Origin: Podarcis vaucheri
Taxonomy: Eukaryota
DNA: 64,000 nucleotides
NCBI GenBank assembly: GCA_965113315.1
Contig: OZ220364.1
Strand: one strand, 5' to 3'
Shown here piece by piece: positions 12,442 to 24,559 of this stretch (positions are counted from its first letter, which is position 1; each line of letters starts with the position of its first letter). Position numbers and translations under genes: made by a program. The notes beneath the pieces were generated by a model. The model was given only the letters and a program-made list of their open reading frames with translations, did not search any database and was not told the DNA's origin.

Positions 12442-15400
12442 GGGAGTAATAGGCTGGGTAGCCTGGGGAGGAGAAGAGGCTCGGAGACTATGATGCCAGC
12501 CCTCTTGGGGGTCCAAGGAGGGGGTGTTGTGGCTTTGTCTAGGGACAGGTAGCCCTGGTCTTCACCGCAGGGGAGGGAGGGGAATGTGACAGGATGAGTG
12601 GAGCTGAGAAGTAGAGAGATTTCCCACTCTTAATGTGAGGTGGCTTCCGTTTGGGCCCAATCGAGGGACTTGGGAAGGTGAAGAATGGCTTTGATTTACT
12701 TAGCTGTACCATCTGGCTTCTGCAGGCTGATAATTTAAGAAAAGGTAGGCCCTTTGATTATAACATGCTGTTCGGTCTAACTTAACATAATCCCATCTGG
12801 TTACCTTTCCCTGTCTTGGCCTCTTGCAGGTTTGCACTGTGGCAGGTCAGTAATTCAGGTTTACGTTCCTTGAGGGAGAGGATTTTTATTTCTGTTGGGA
12901 CAGTTTGTACAAGGCCCTAAAAATCTGTGGTTACTGTGGGACTGAGTTCTTTAGAGTGGAGCGTGGCAAGTGGCTAACAGAGGGAATGTCCACACTTTGG
13001 ATTCCTATGTTGAATTATTAAGAGAGAGCATTATTTGTTAGAGCTGGTTGATGGTCCTGGAGCTTATTGATTAAATTATGATTGTACATAAGTGTGCTGA
13101 TTGAAACCCAAACTTCATATTGAGGTCTGTTATAGTTAAAATGCTGTTGAGAGGGATGCCTTTTCTAAGAACTGGGGGGAACTGGAGAAGTTCAGTGTTT
13201 CTTATGTTAAGCATAGAATACTTTGCTAATTCTCCATATAGAGAAAGTAGTACTTTGGTGCTATGCAGAAGTAGGCTGTGAAGTTTGAGCTCTGTTTCAA
13301 TGATGTGCGTAATGTAGAATTAGGCTTTTCTAGAATGGAAAATAATGTTAGTGGTGTCTTTGGCAGACTGGAATGGGAATCTTGGGAAGGCGTGAAGGTT
13401 ATATAAATGAAGGAGCAGATCGTTTAAGATGCAAGCAGTGAAAATAGGGAAAGTGCTGTTACTCTTGAAAAAGGAATCCGTTTTATCTTCTAGTGAGTTT
13501 TGTTTAGGATGTGTGCAAAGAAAAAACAAAGCAAACAAAACTATATAAAGCTGGAATACTTCTGGAAATCAGACTTTCATAAGTTTTTTCTTTTTGTTAT
13601 ACATCTTAATCTCAGCTCCTTTGCTATGGTTGTGCAGTGCGGAGATATATTTATTTTTTAATGGCCAGGAGAGAACCCAAAAGATCACACAAGCAAAATT
13701 CTTGATTTTGTTCAGCATCAGGTCCATACTGAAAATCTTTAACTGGGGTCACCAGTCAGTCATACTTGTATTGTTTGTAGCAGATGATCATTACATGTAA
13801 GAATCACTAGCTAACTGAATTTTGCTTTTACAGACTTAACTGCAGTAGAGTATATGTGACCCACTCATGTAACTTTCCATGTGATGTACTTGTTTGCTTT
13901 CAGAAGCAGACTCACCGGGGTTCACTTCAAATGAATGGGTACCTTGTGATGCAGCTGTATTGCTTGGCTTGGTGTGCATTCAGCTTCCAACAGCCAGCAT
14001 ATGAATAGAGTGCTGAGTGGAAGGCTTTATGCACCCTTCAGTGCTTACTCTTTATTCTTTTTAACATAGGTTGAGAGGTAACAGGTTGAGATGCATTACT
14101 TAATTCCAACTGTGCTGCTTCCAGTTCGTGATCTGATCCACCATCTGCGAAGTACTTCAGATGAATGGAAAAGTTCAAGGGACACTTGGCCACAGAAAAG
14201 AGTTTTGAGAGAGATGTGGCCCAGCACCATTCCCTGTGGTCCAGCCACCAGAGGGGGGTGTTGCACATGGTTTCTAAAGATGGTATAATGCTGATTGGTT
14301 TGCCAGTTTCAGAATGTGTGATTCGAGCATCTCTTGTTACCAATTAATGAGAAAAACCATGGGGTGTGTATGTCACTTGTAATTGTTGGCAAGGTGTACC
14401 GTTTATGCTCTGTGCTCCTTGTTCAGTTATTACTTGGTTTGGAAAAGAGAAAATGGTTGATGATACCTTTTGCAGATAAGATTATCTGTTTCTGCATTAA
14501 TCACAAAAGACACAAGCATAAGAGACGCAGGTGATCTCAGAAGTTGCCTCAGTGTGCTAGAATGTGTGGAAGTGCTAATGTTGGAGTTGTAATATGTATT
14601 ACTATGCCAGAAAATAGTCATGTTGTCGGATATCTCCTTTTGCAAAGCTCTTAGCACATACATGTGCCTCTTGAGAGCAAACCTGTGGCTTTAGAGCTAC
14701 GGTATATGGTGAGAGAGGGTGTGAAGTACATATAAAGGAATAAGGTTTCAGAAAGTGGAACACTCATTAGCAATGCATTATGTGTACCGAGGTGCTAAAA
14801 TATCGCAAACAGTCAGATCCTAACAATGTGTACTTTGGAAGTAAGCCTGCTTGATGCAATGAGAAATCCTTAACATGTAGATAAATCTTCCAGTTTACAT
14901 CTAGATAAACTTTACAAAGCCATGTAAGGTTGAGGCTGCAAAGAAGGATCACTTTCAAATCCCAAATGATTGTTGCAAGAGCTATATTGGTATCTTCATT
15001 CTCTCCTTTGCAATCCTGTTCACAGAGCAAGGAGCCACTTTGAGAGAGGAATGGATTTCAGCTGATCAGCCAGCAAACATAATAGCCATGTCTTTTCTTG
15101 CTCTTCTTCATACCTAAAGCACTATCTATAGGAAGTGTGTGTGTGTGTGGGGGGAAACATATGTGTGTGTATACACATTGTGAAAACAATATACATCCAG
15201 GCCCCATTACATGTAGATGTGTGAGTACCTAAGGTGCAGCTTATTCTGACTTGTACTTATTGTGTAGAGGTCACCATATTGCACTGAGCCGTACTGTTTT
15301 GTTACACAAAGCCTTTAGGTCAGGTTGATTTCTGGTCTACCAGCTTTTGTTGGACTCCCATCTGCTGCAGTCAGCATGACCCGTGGTCGGCTAAGATGGG

Positions 15401-17609
15401 AGTTGTAGTCCTACTTTAGACTGGTATGCTGGGTTCAGCATTTTGGAACGGGACAGTCAGAAGGATGGGACAGCATTGGTGAATTTAGCTGCTGGTTGAC
15501 AATACTACTATTTTATGCTTTATACCTGCCAGCTGTATTGAGAATGAAATCAACTTGTCCAGCCTGGCTGTGGAAAATGTGCATGAGAATGTGTGATATC
15601 CTCATTGTGGGGTTCAGACTTGTGGAAGAAAAAAAATGATGTTGCTGTGAAGTTTTGCCTTTTTTGTGGGGAAGCTGTGTAATGGGATCACCACCCTTTG
15701 CAATCTCCTATCAGGATAGTTGTAGCTCAATATTGTTCTGTACCTTGTGTCTGAGAGGCCCTTATTTTTCACAGAATACCTCTTGATTACATTGCTGTCA
15801 GCAAACGGAGGAGGGGGGAATTAAAATTCTGACATTTATATAAAAAAAAACTGTTTGGAGACTTCACACAGACAAAGCCCTAGCTTTCCTGAGTAGCGTG
15901 GGCTTACTGGCAAGCTTGTATTAACTATGCAAACCCTGATATCATGTTACATTAGCGGGTATGGAACTCTGTAAGTGTGGTTCTCCAATTCTAAAGTGTT
16001 GCTCTTTGGCTTGATGGTATATCTCTTGATGTCTCATTCTAAACATTGATGTGCTGATGCTGCAAACATCAGGATAAAACTCTGCCAAAAGTTTCTAAAC
16101 AATATTTTCCATTGAGCATAACTCATTATTTGGTAGTGGTTTGGAATTTTGAATTCAGAAGCCATTTTTAAAACATTATTGCAATGCTTTATTGCATTTG
16201 TTTTAAAAACAAAGACTATTCACCAATTCTCCTTCCTTTCTCTCATTAAAGTTTTCAGGTGTAATTTAAGACTTGTTTATGAAAATACATAAGACAGAAA
16301 CTATGCAGGCAAACATAACTGGAGGATTTTACAGTGAAAACTGTGGCTCTCGGCAGCAAACTTGTTAAAGTGCTGGGAATGGATAATGAACTAAAGGGAC
16401 GTAGCTGACTTTCATATTTTAGTTAAGTATAATAATGTGCACAGCATGTATAAGCATGTTTCCGCTCATACCATTTCTGCAACTTCCATTGGTAACCACT
16501 TATATTTTGTGCTTGCCAATTAATGGAGGACTCCATCTACTAGTGTTTTGTAAATAATGACAAATGTGCAGAAGCCCGCCCTCTAAAAGCACTAATTGTT
16601 GCATATCTCACTCTATCTGGTGAGTGGTACAACTCCCACATCAAAAATTCAGGTGGTCAGTGCTACCTAATTGATTTACATCAGTTTACACCACCAGCAA
16701 TTACTGAAATGTAGGGAAAGGAATGGCCAGTAGTTAACAACAGTCTGTTAGCAGAAATTAAAAGATTCAGCTTCCCCAACCATCTTTGTTTTAACTAATT
16801 CTGATGCAGGTCGTTATCTGATTTTTATTTGTTACCTATTGCTCTTTACTGTGGCTTTAATGCATGCCTTTTGCACACTGTGAGCCCTCTCATGAACCAT
16901 TCTGGTTAAGAGGCAGTGTTGAATATGTCAAATTAAATAATATTGCCTGGCGTGTTTTAACTGAGAAACATTCCTCAGTGTTTCGTTTTTAGCTTCTGTG
17001 TGGGAGCTTCATGTTTCTAACCACTTTCATTCTTAGTGAAGTATTCCAGGCTGCTCGGAATGGCAGGGAGTCATATCGTACCAGATGATTCTTTCAGCCA
17101 ATTAGGGTGACCCAAGTTCCCAGGGAGTCAGCTTAACCGATTAGACACTCCCAATATCTGACATATGAAATTGGGTTCATTGTAAGGTAGCAAAGAACAG
17201 AAAGAGCTCTGTCAAAAGAATCTGCTGGCAGAGTGTGCCAAGAAAGAAAAGTCTGAAATATCCTCAAGTCCCAAATATTCACTTTCCTTTCTGAAAAGGG
17301 CTTCTGCATCTTACTCGCAAGTTCTGAGATCCAGTTCTAAAGAGTGTTGTGACAGTCCAGTAGGTGCAGTTGGAAGAGGATGCCACTAAGTACATTCTGG
17401 TATTGAGTTTACATAATGAGAAAATTGGTTCCATTACCTATCAATTTGGTACATTTGAAAGATATACAGTGATGAGGTGATATATTCAGACTTCAAAAGA
17501 AAGACGTGTTCCATTTCTAAGAAACAAAGCTGATGGTAGCACAGTTTGATTTTGCTTGTTCCCAAGGTGCATTGCCCCAGGACAAGTTGACCCCATGTTC
17601 AGAGTCTAT

Positions 17610-17863
17610 GAAGAAGAAGAAGAAGAGTTTGGATTTGATATCCCGTCTTTCACTCCCCTTCAGGAGTCTCAAAGCAGCTAACATTCTCCTTTCCCTTCCT
17701 CCCCCACAACAAACACTCTGTGAGGTGAGTGGGGCTGAGAGACTTCAAAGAAGTGTAACTAGCCCAAAGAAGTGTAACTAGCTGCATGTGGAGGAGCAGA
17801 GACGCAAACCCGGTTCCCCAGATTACGAGACTACCGCTCTTAAACACTACACCACACTGGCTC
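17610..17863 (-). mobile_element. tRNA-derived SINE (Squam3-like) with (TTC)n tail
   Basis: Reverse complement of the 10472 family. (aag)n tail on the + strand and reversed tRNA head cactacaccacactggctc. Confidence 0.8.
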
Positions 17864-17928
17864 AGTAGTATCCTGAATTTTGCTTGCCAGTGGCCACCTC
17901 TGAGCAAGTGAAGACTTGTCCATGTATA

Positions 17929-19363
17929 TATATATATATATATTTAATGATATTTATTAAGGTTTCAAAGAAAAGAATTACATGAATTTAAAAAAAAGAA
18001 GAAAAAGAAAGACAAAAGTAAAAATAAAAGAAAAAATACAAATACAAAAAAGATAAAAAACACTTTTAAAAAATACATCAGTCTTTCCATACCTTACATT
18101 CATTTCCTTGTTTCCCTGACCTCCTCACGCCTCCCTTTTTTGTATTCCAATTCAGTTAGTTAATTCAGCAATTTCTTTCCCTCTTTGTTTTTATCTTAGT
18201 CCTTTAACATAATATATTATAACTTTGGATTCTTACCTGTTAACAATCCATTTTTACATACACCTTTATAACATTGCTGCTTAAACCACTTAACTTCATT
18301 CTGACATCATTCTAACATTCATTAATTTTGCAATATTTCTGTAAATAGTCTTTAAATTTCTTCCAGTCTTCTTCCTCCGACTCTTCTCCCTGGTCTCGGA
18401 TTCTGCCAGTCATTTCCACCAATTCCATGTAGTCCATCACCTTCATCTGCCATTCTTCCAGAGTGGGTAGATCTTGTGTCTTCCAATACTTTGCAATAAG
18501 TATTCTTGCTGCTGTTGTGGCATACATAAAAAAAGTTCTGTCCTTCGTTGGCACCATTTGGCCGACCATGCCCAGGAGAAAGGCCTCTGGTTTCTTCAGA
18601 AAGGTATATTTAAATACCCTTTTCATTTCATTATAAATCATCTCCCAGAAAGCCTTAATCCTTGGGCACGTCCACCAAAGGTGAAAGAATGTACCTTCAG
18701 TTTCTTTACATTTCCAACATTTACTATCGGGCAAATGATAGATTTTTGACTGGGGTCATGTACCACCTGTATATCATTTTCATAATATTCTCTCTTAAGG
18801 CATTACATGCCGTAAACTTCATACCTGTGGTCCATAACTGTTCCCAGTCAGCCATCATTATGTTATGTCCAACATCTTGTGCCCATTTAATCATAGCAGA
18901 TTTCACCGTTTCATCCTGTGTATTCCATTTCAACAGCAAGTTATACATCTTTGACAAAATCTTAGTTTTGGGTTCTAACAGTTCTGTTTCTAATTTTGAT
19001 TTTTCCACCTGGAGGCCAATTTTCTTTGTCCAAATTGTATGCCTCCATTATCTGATAATAATGAAGCCAGTCTCGCACTTTGTTTTTTAATTTCTCAAAA
19101 CTCTGCAATTTCAGTCTATCTCCCTCTTGTTCCAAAATTTCCCAATATTTCGGCCATTTGACCTCCATATTGAGCTTTTTCTGAGCCTTCGCTTCCATCG
19201 GTGACAGCCACCTTGGGGTTTTATTTTCCAATAGGTCCTTATATCTTATCCAAACATTAAACAATGCTTTCCTGACAATATGGTTTTTAAATGCTTTATG
19301 TGCTTTGACCTTATCATACCACAGGTATGCATGCCATCCAAATACATTGTTAAAACCTTCTAA
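17929..19363 (-). mobile_element. 5'-truncated L1-clade LINE (ORF2 C-terminal part, frameshifted)
   Basis: Three overlapping minus-strand ORFs, including the CCHC zinc knuckle CWKCKETEGTFFHLWWTCP, stop at 18312. 18-bp TSD aagacttgtccatgtata at 17911-17928 and 19364-19381. (TA)n tail. Confidence 0.92.
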
Positions 19364-20062
19364 AAGACTTGTCCATGTATAATCTGGAAGCTTTTCTTCC
19401 ACTGCAAATGGCAGGTGTGGAACTCCCAATCCAGATAAGGATTGCAGCAGCAGTAAGAGGTTAAAGCTCCCTGTTCTCCTGCCAATTCATACTGAATCCC
19501 TGTGCCTACTAAGTTCCTTTTTTAAAAAGGCCATTAATTCAATTGCTAACTGTGTGAAAAGCATCTTGTACGGCCCTAATTTTAATGGCACATCTATCTG
19601 TACCAGCATCTAAATGTTCTCTTTGGGCTTCAAAATGTGTGTAATTAAGAAGGCATTAATTGTCCTTTAGTTGGTAGTTTATATTACGCTACAATAGTTC
19701 TGCCAAATGGGGGGGGCAGGGGTTGACCCCAAAGTAGTTAATGATATAAGAAGAGCCCTGCTGGATCCAATCAAAAGCTGATATGATTTAGCATCTTGTT
19801 TCCCACCATGGCCAACCAGGTACCAGATATTGGGAGGAGGTAGGATATGTGCACTCCAGCAACTGGTATACAGAGGTGTGCCACCTCTGATCCTGGAGGT
19901 AGGATACAGCACCTTTCTCCCCTTCGCACAGTTGTATGTGGCAAAAACTGATGAGAACTTTGATGTAGCAGTATTATGGTAAAGGTATTATGGGTACAGA
20001 ATTACTTGTACAGACCACTTGCTGTCATCCCAAACTGTCCATTCACTTAGCCTTTCCAGTTA

Positions 20063-20232
20063 CTGTATTTTCCGTCTATAAGACGCCCCCATGTATAAGA
20101 CGCCCCCTATTTTGGGGGACCCAGAATTAAGAAAATGGGGGGAGATGTAGCCGTGTACAGTATAAGATGCCCCCTAATTTTTGACATTATTTTTTAGGGG
20201 GGAAACCTAGTCTTATACATGGAAAAATACAG
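20063..20232. mobile_element. Tc1/mariner-superfamily MITE
   Basis: TIRs ctgtattttcc...ggaaaaatacag, TA on both sides, internal tataagacgccccc repeats. Confidence 0.85.
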
Positions 20233-21616
20233 TAGGTCTTCTTCATCTGGTTGGATTCTTGCTCAGCAGCTTGCATATCTGCTTGTAGTGTTGAAGGGTA
20301 ACCCTGTTAAGTCAGAGGCACGGAAATTGCTGAGGAGGGCAGAGCACCTCAAGGACTCTTCCACCTGTCCTCTTGGTGTGCCATTCCATGTCTTACACAA
20401 CCATTGCTTTCTGCCGCTGTGGCTGGTTGCATTTATTCCAGCATGCTCATTAAAAAATATTTTAAGCTTTTGTGCTGAACCCGTCAGAGATTTGCCTCCT
20501 GGGATGACAAAAAAATAATAATCACCTGATCTAATGAAGCCTCACCTGCACAATGTTTAACCCTTTCTGTGTCTTCAAAGGTGAGAACCTGTTTGTTTTT
20601 TAATGCCACAAATTAAGATTCCTAACTTCTTGAGAGCTTGGAAACCTGGCAACTTCTCTGCAGTTAGTAGGTCTACCCTGCTCTAAGTACTTGGTTTCTA
20701 CTACTGCCTACAAGTCAGTCTAGGAAGGAAATTGTTTGCTCTACTTCTGCTACATATCACATTGATGTATTTGATCTGGATTGATTCAGCTGAATTGTAG
20801 TACTGTGAAGAAGAGATCATTATTTCCTTTGTTTTTCTGCTAGAGATGCGTTAACATGCACCCAACGGATTTGCAGTATGAGCAGTAGTTGTTGTGAACT
20901 TTTGTCTTTTCTGTAAGTCGGGTCTAGAATAATGGTTTGGATTTCCAGAAATGGCATGCTTAATACTCAGTTTGAAGCATTTTCCAGCCATGTGAGAAGT
21001 TGTTCTTCCTGGGTGCATCATTCGTCTACCTAGTTCAGTAAGCTGTCTTTGGCAGTAGTCAAATCTGACTGCTCTCAGAGGAAGTGACTGTGTTCTTGCT
21101 TTGTGATCTGAATGATGATAAAGTGTTGGCCTGCAGAGAGGCTTTCTGAACTTTACGAAATGCAGAGCAGCAAAGGGATCCTCTTTGCATTCTTAGTTAA
21201 TAGTTCCGAGTTTCAGTCCTTAAGCTGGTGCATCTCACCAGTTTCAGCAGAGAGAATGGACAATGGAGGAGTGCAGTTTCCTCATGTGCATGTTTTGCTG
21301 AACATTAGTGCAGAAGATGCAAAGTTGGTAGCCTGTTCCTTTAAGGACTTTGTACAAAGCTGGCACCATGCCCAGCCTCTTCTCTTCTTCTTCCCACTTC
21401 AAGGCAGTTCCTTTGGGGCTTTTCCTGAAACAATACCGCAAGCTACCCTGCCACTCTGCTTGCTCTGCTTGCCCTGCAGACAGTCTCTGAATCAAGAGCC
21501 AGCTCTGCTTTGAGGGACAATGGAGAGTTGCAGCACAGGCAGAATGAACTATGCAGCCTGAGTCTGGATCTGTGCTGAAGGCGTAGAGAACAAGGCTGTC
21601 GTCTGGAAACAGCGAT

Positions 21617-21766
21617 ATGGAAGCTGAACCCCGTAGTCCTCAGAGTATGTGGGAAGGCGACTCCGAATTCAGCTTCCAATTTTGGACCCAGCTTTTTCTG
21701 TGGATGCACTTGGTTGGCCGGTTGGTCACTTACGTCCTGCGTAGCTTTGGGGGGCTAAAGCAATAA
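21617..21766 (+). CDS. 49-aa small membrane-protein-like ORF nested in PRKACA intron 1 (SMIM46-like)
   Basis: MEAEPRSPQSMWEGDSEFSFQFWTQLFLWMHLVGRLVTYVLRSFGGLKQ*. Strong Kozak (gatATGG), 9 CpGs in ~185 bp, hydrophobic core, polypyrimidine tract and AG at 21376-21407. Resemblance to human SMIM46 is recalled, not searched. Confidence 0.6.
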   Translation: MEAEPRSPQSMWEGDSEFSFQFWTQLFLWMHLVGRLVTYVLRSFGGLKQ

Positions 21767-23061
21767 CTCCTTCCTGTCCCTTATGACTTGGTTGTTCTTT
21801 GGAGGTCCACTGTGACATCTAATATTTTTAGAGCTCTTTGGCAAGCAGTCCTATGAGGAAGAGACGTCGCCCTGTATTTTTTCTTCTTTCCTTACCTCCA
21901 TTCTTCTCTGTTCTGGATGGCCTTGCCTAAGAAAGGCTTCTTAACCTTGAGAGAAGGACAAAGCTTTAGAAGCAAGATTTCTGGTTTCTCTTCCCATGTT
22001 TATCCACACACTCTGGACTGTGCAGTAATCTTTTGCTTCATTCAGAGAATATGAGCTTTTGGGGGCTGCTTAGCAATAGAATCCAGAAGTCATGAGGACT
22101 TCCATTCTGCAAATGAATGTTCACCCTTGGAATGTTGTATTAGTGTTTAGAAAGAGTGATTTCTATCTCCAGAACATGGAGCATCCAAGGGGATATGGAC
22201 TTGAATGAGCTCCTACTTTGAGTTTTGGGGGGCCACACCTTGTCTTATTCCATCTACAGCATCAGAGGTTTGCTTTGGTGTGCTCTAGTTTCATCAAGTT
22301 ATCTGAACATCTTGGTCCCTTCCAACTCTACAATTCTATGATTCTATCTCAGTCTCCCTCTCTCCTTGAATTGTTTCTTCTTTCTGTTAAAGAATCACCT
22401 CGTTTTGGAAGATAATAGGGCTTCCCTACCTGACAATTTCCTTATTTGCCCTAACTTCAGCCCTGAGGGCAAAAGAGATTCGGAGAATTTGTGAGCTATT
22501 TTAAGCCTCATTGCATAGTCCTTGCTACTGCTGATCTGGCAGGCCTTGCTCCCTCTGTATTAATCAAATCTGCCTGCTGTTCACCCTCTGATCAGCTGTG
22601 TAAGTGACCAGGCTCCCTGTATTTCTTTCTAAACAGAGAGAATATGGAATGAACTGTCTTGGAGCCTTTCTGAGCCTTAGCGTGGGGGCTTGGGAAAACC
22701 TAATATGGATGGCTGCCCCAGACTTGTTGCTGAACTGACATGAATGCTATGGTCCAGGGAGGTGGGTTTGATGGAAGTCGAGAGCAGTCGGCTCAAGCCA
22801 AAATGCCTGTGTGAATCACTTGGAGGGGAATGTTAAGAACTCTGCTGAATCTGGGACTGTGTCTGTTCTCCGGTTGCTGCCTTTACCCCTCTCTTCCTGT
22901 GGCGGGACAGGAAAAGCAGTGCCGCTGCCTCTACCTGTTGGCAAATAGCAATGACTGAAGAGAGTGCCCTCCTGGATCCTGACTGAGCTGCTTGGCTGTG
23001 TTTGCTCCGAGAGCAGAGCTGGGGCAGAGGAAAAGAACCGGTGATAAAATAAAAGAGAAAC

Positions 23062-23251
23062 ATGAGCCATGGAGCTGAGGTGAACTCTCAAAACTCCAGC
23101 AAGGACAAAGGGTGTAAGATGTCGGCGCTACAGAAACTGGAGAGTCTGGCAGGGCGGATCTTTTACTGGGGGCCACGGAGTGATGCTGGGGCACCGAACG
23201 TTGGGGAGGCAGCCTATGAATCTGAGCACACGGCAGCCTGGAATGAGCAGA
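23062..23251 (+). CDS. PRKACA: PRKACA alternative first exon encoding a long Cbeta2-like N-terminus (CalphaL)
   Basis: 63 codons plus 1 nt: MSHGAEVNSQNSSKDKGCKMSALQKLESLAGRIFYWGPRSDAGAPNVGEAAYESEHTAAWNEQ. Donor A|GTGAGT in phase 1 makes A+TG = Met with exon 2. Motifs match Cbeta2 ALQKLEGFASRLF and SEHTALWDRSMKEF. Confidence 0.9.
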
Positions 23252-23676
23252 GTGAGTTGACAAGGGAGCACGGTTTCCAGGGGTGCCAGAATCGGTGGGT
23301 TCCCCCGAGACTCTGCTCCAGAGCTGCTGCTGTTCTGTGCCTCTTGGTGCATGCGTATGCTTGTGGTTGAGTGTATAACTGGAATCTGAAATAGGGCTCT
23401 GATATTTTTCAGAGAAGCCCGCAAAAGGCTATAGCCTTAGCTCCGACAGCCATTCTGGCTATGACTGTTGACTACCTCTTTCCTCATGCTAAGCTAAAGT
23501 GTAGGGTGCTCAACTTTAATGAGGCCACAGCTGCTTGGTGTGTGGCTTTGATTTTGGCCTTAGAGAAGCCCCATCGGTTCTCAAAAGCCCACTTCAACTC
23601 ACTCTTTCTTACTATTTGTTATCAAGCTGTTGGAGCCGGATGCTGCCCTAACTCTGCAAGTGTCTATTGCACGGAG

Positions 23677-23812
23677 TAGAGGTGGGGAGCCTGTAACTCT
23701 CCCAAAGTTGTTGGGCTTCTGCTTCTATCAACCCTGGCCCAAATAGCCAATAGGAAGGGATGATGTGAGTTGTAGTCTAGTAACATTGGCGGGGCACAGT
23801 TCCCCATCCCTG
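23677..23812. mobile_element. ~130-bp palindromic non-autonomous DNA element (hAT-like MITE)
   Basis: ggtggggagcctgt...acagttccccatccctg inverted ends. Relatives at ~5570, 15340, 35170, 35403, 37408, 44595, 51288 and 56110. Confidence 0.6.
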
Positions 23813-24559
23813 ACTTAGAGAAAGGATAGCTGGAGCGTTCCTGGATGTTCTCCCACATTTTGTGGGGAGAATTGCAACTTTTTGGGAAGTTGTGGGGAAA
23901 GGTAATTATTAAGAAGCAAATTCTCTTTGCCCGTGTGTGTTTCAAAACTTTCTTCCCATTTTGACAGATTTTCCCCGGCCTCTCCAACTGATGTTGTCAC
24001 TTTAGCTGTTTTGGTTAAAATGTGTGGTCAGAGTTGTTGACATAGGGAATTTCAGTCTGAGGTTGACAGAGTGATGTGAGTGAAAGTCATGGGCTGATGA
24101 TTGTTCCTTTTTCCTCTTTGCTGCCACTACCAGTCAGGATTGTAGCTTTTGTTGTTGACTTGGTGTGATGTCATATTCTATTTCTGTCACTGGCTGTATC
24201 TTAATTCATGGTGTTGTCTACCTGTAGAGTGATGGGTTGTAAATAGATGGTAGGTCTTCTATTGTTCTGTCTGGACCACACATTACTTCTTCATCTAAGG
24301 CAAAAGGGAGTGAATGCAGTCTTTTCTTGGATCCTCAAGTATGTTTAAACAAAACTGTCACAATGTTTTGGCAATGCTGCTTGGTCTAAAATAGAACCTT
24401 GTTGAACATCTGATGCCAGATTCTTCTGTGGCCCCTTTAATCTTTTGGCATTGACACCTCCTCCATGCTGCATCTGAGTGTGTTGCACAGGAAGGAAAGT
24501 GTTCAAAACCACCAGCAGCACATTTTGGATCTATTTAGCTTATACAATACACATGTAGA

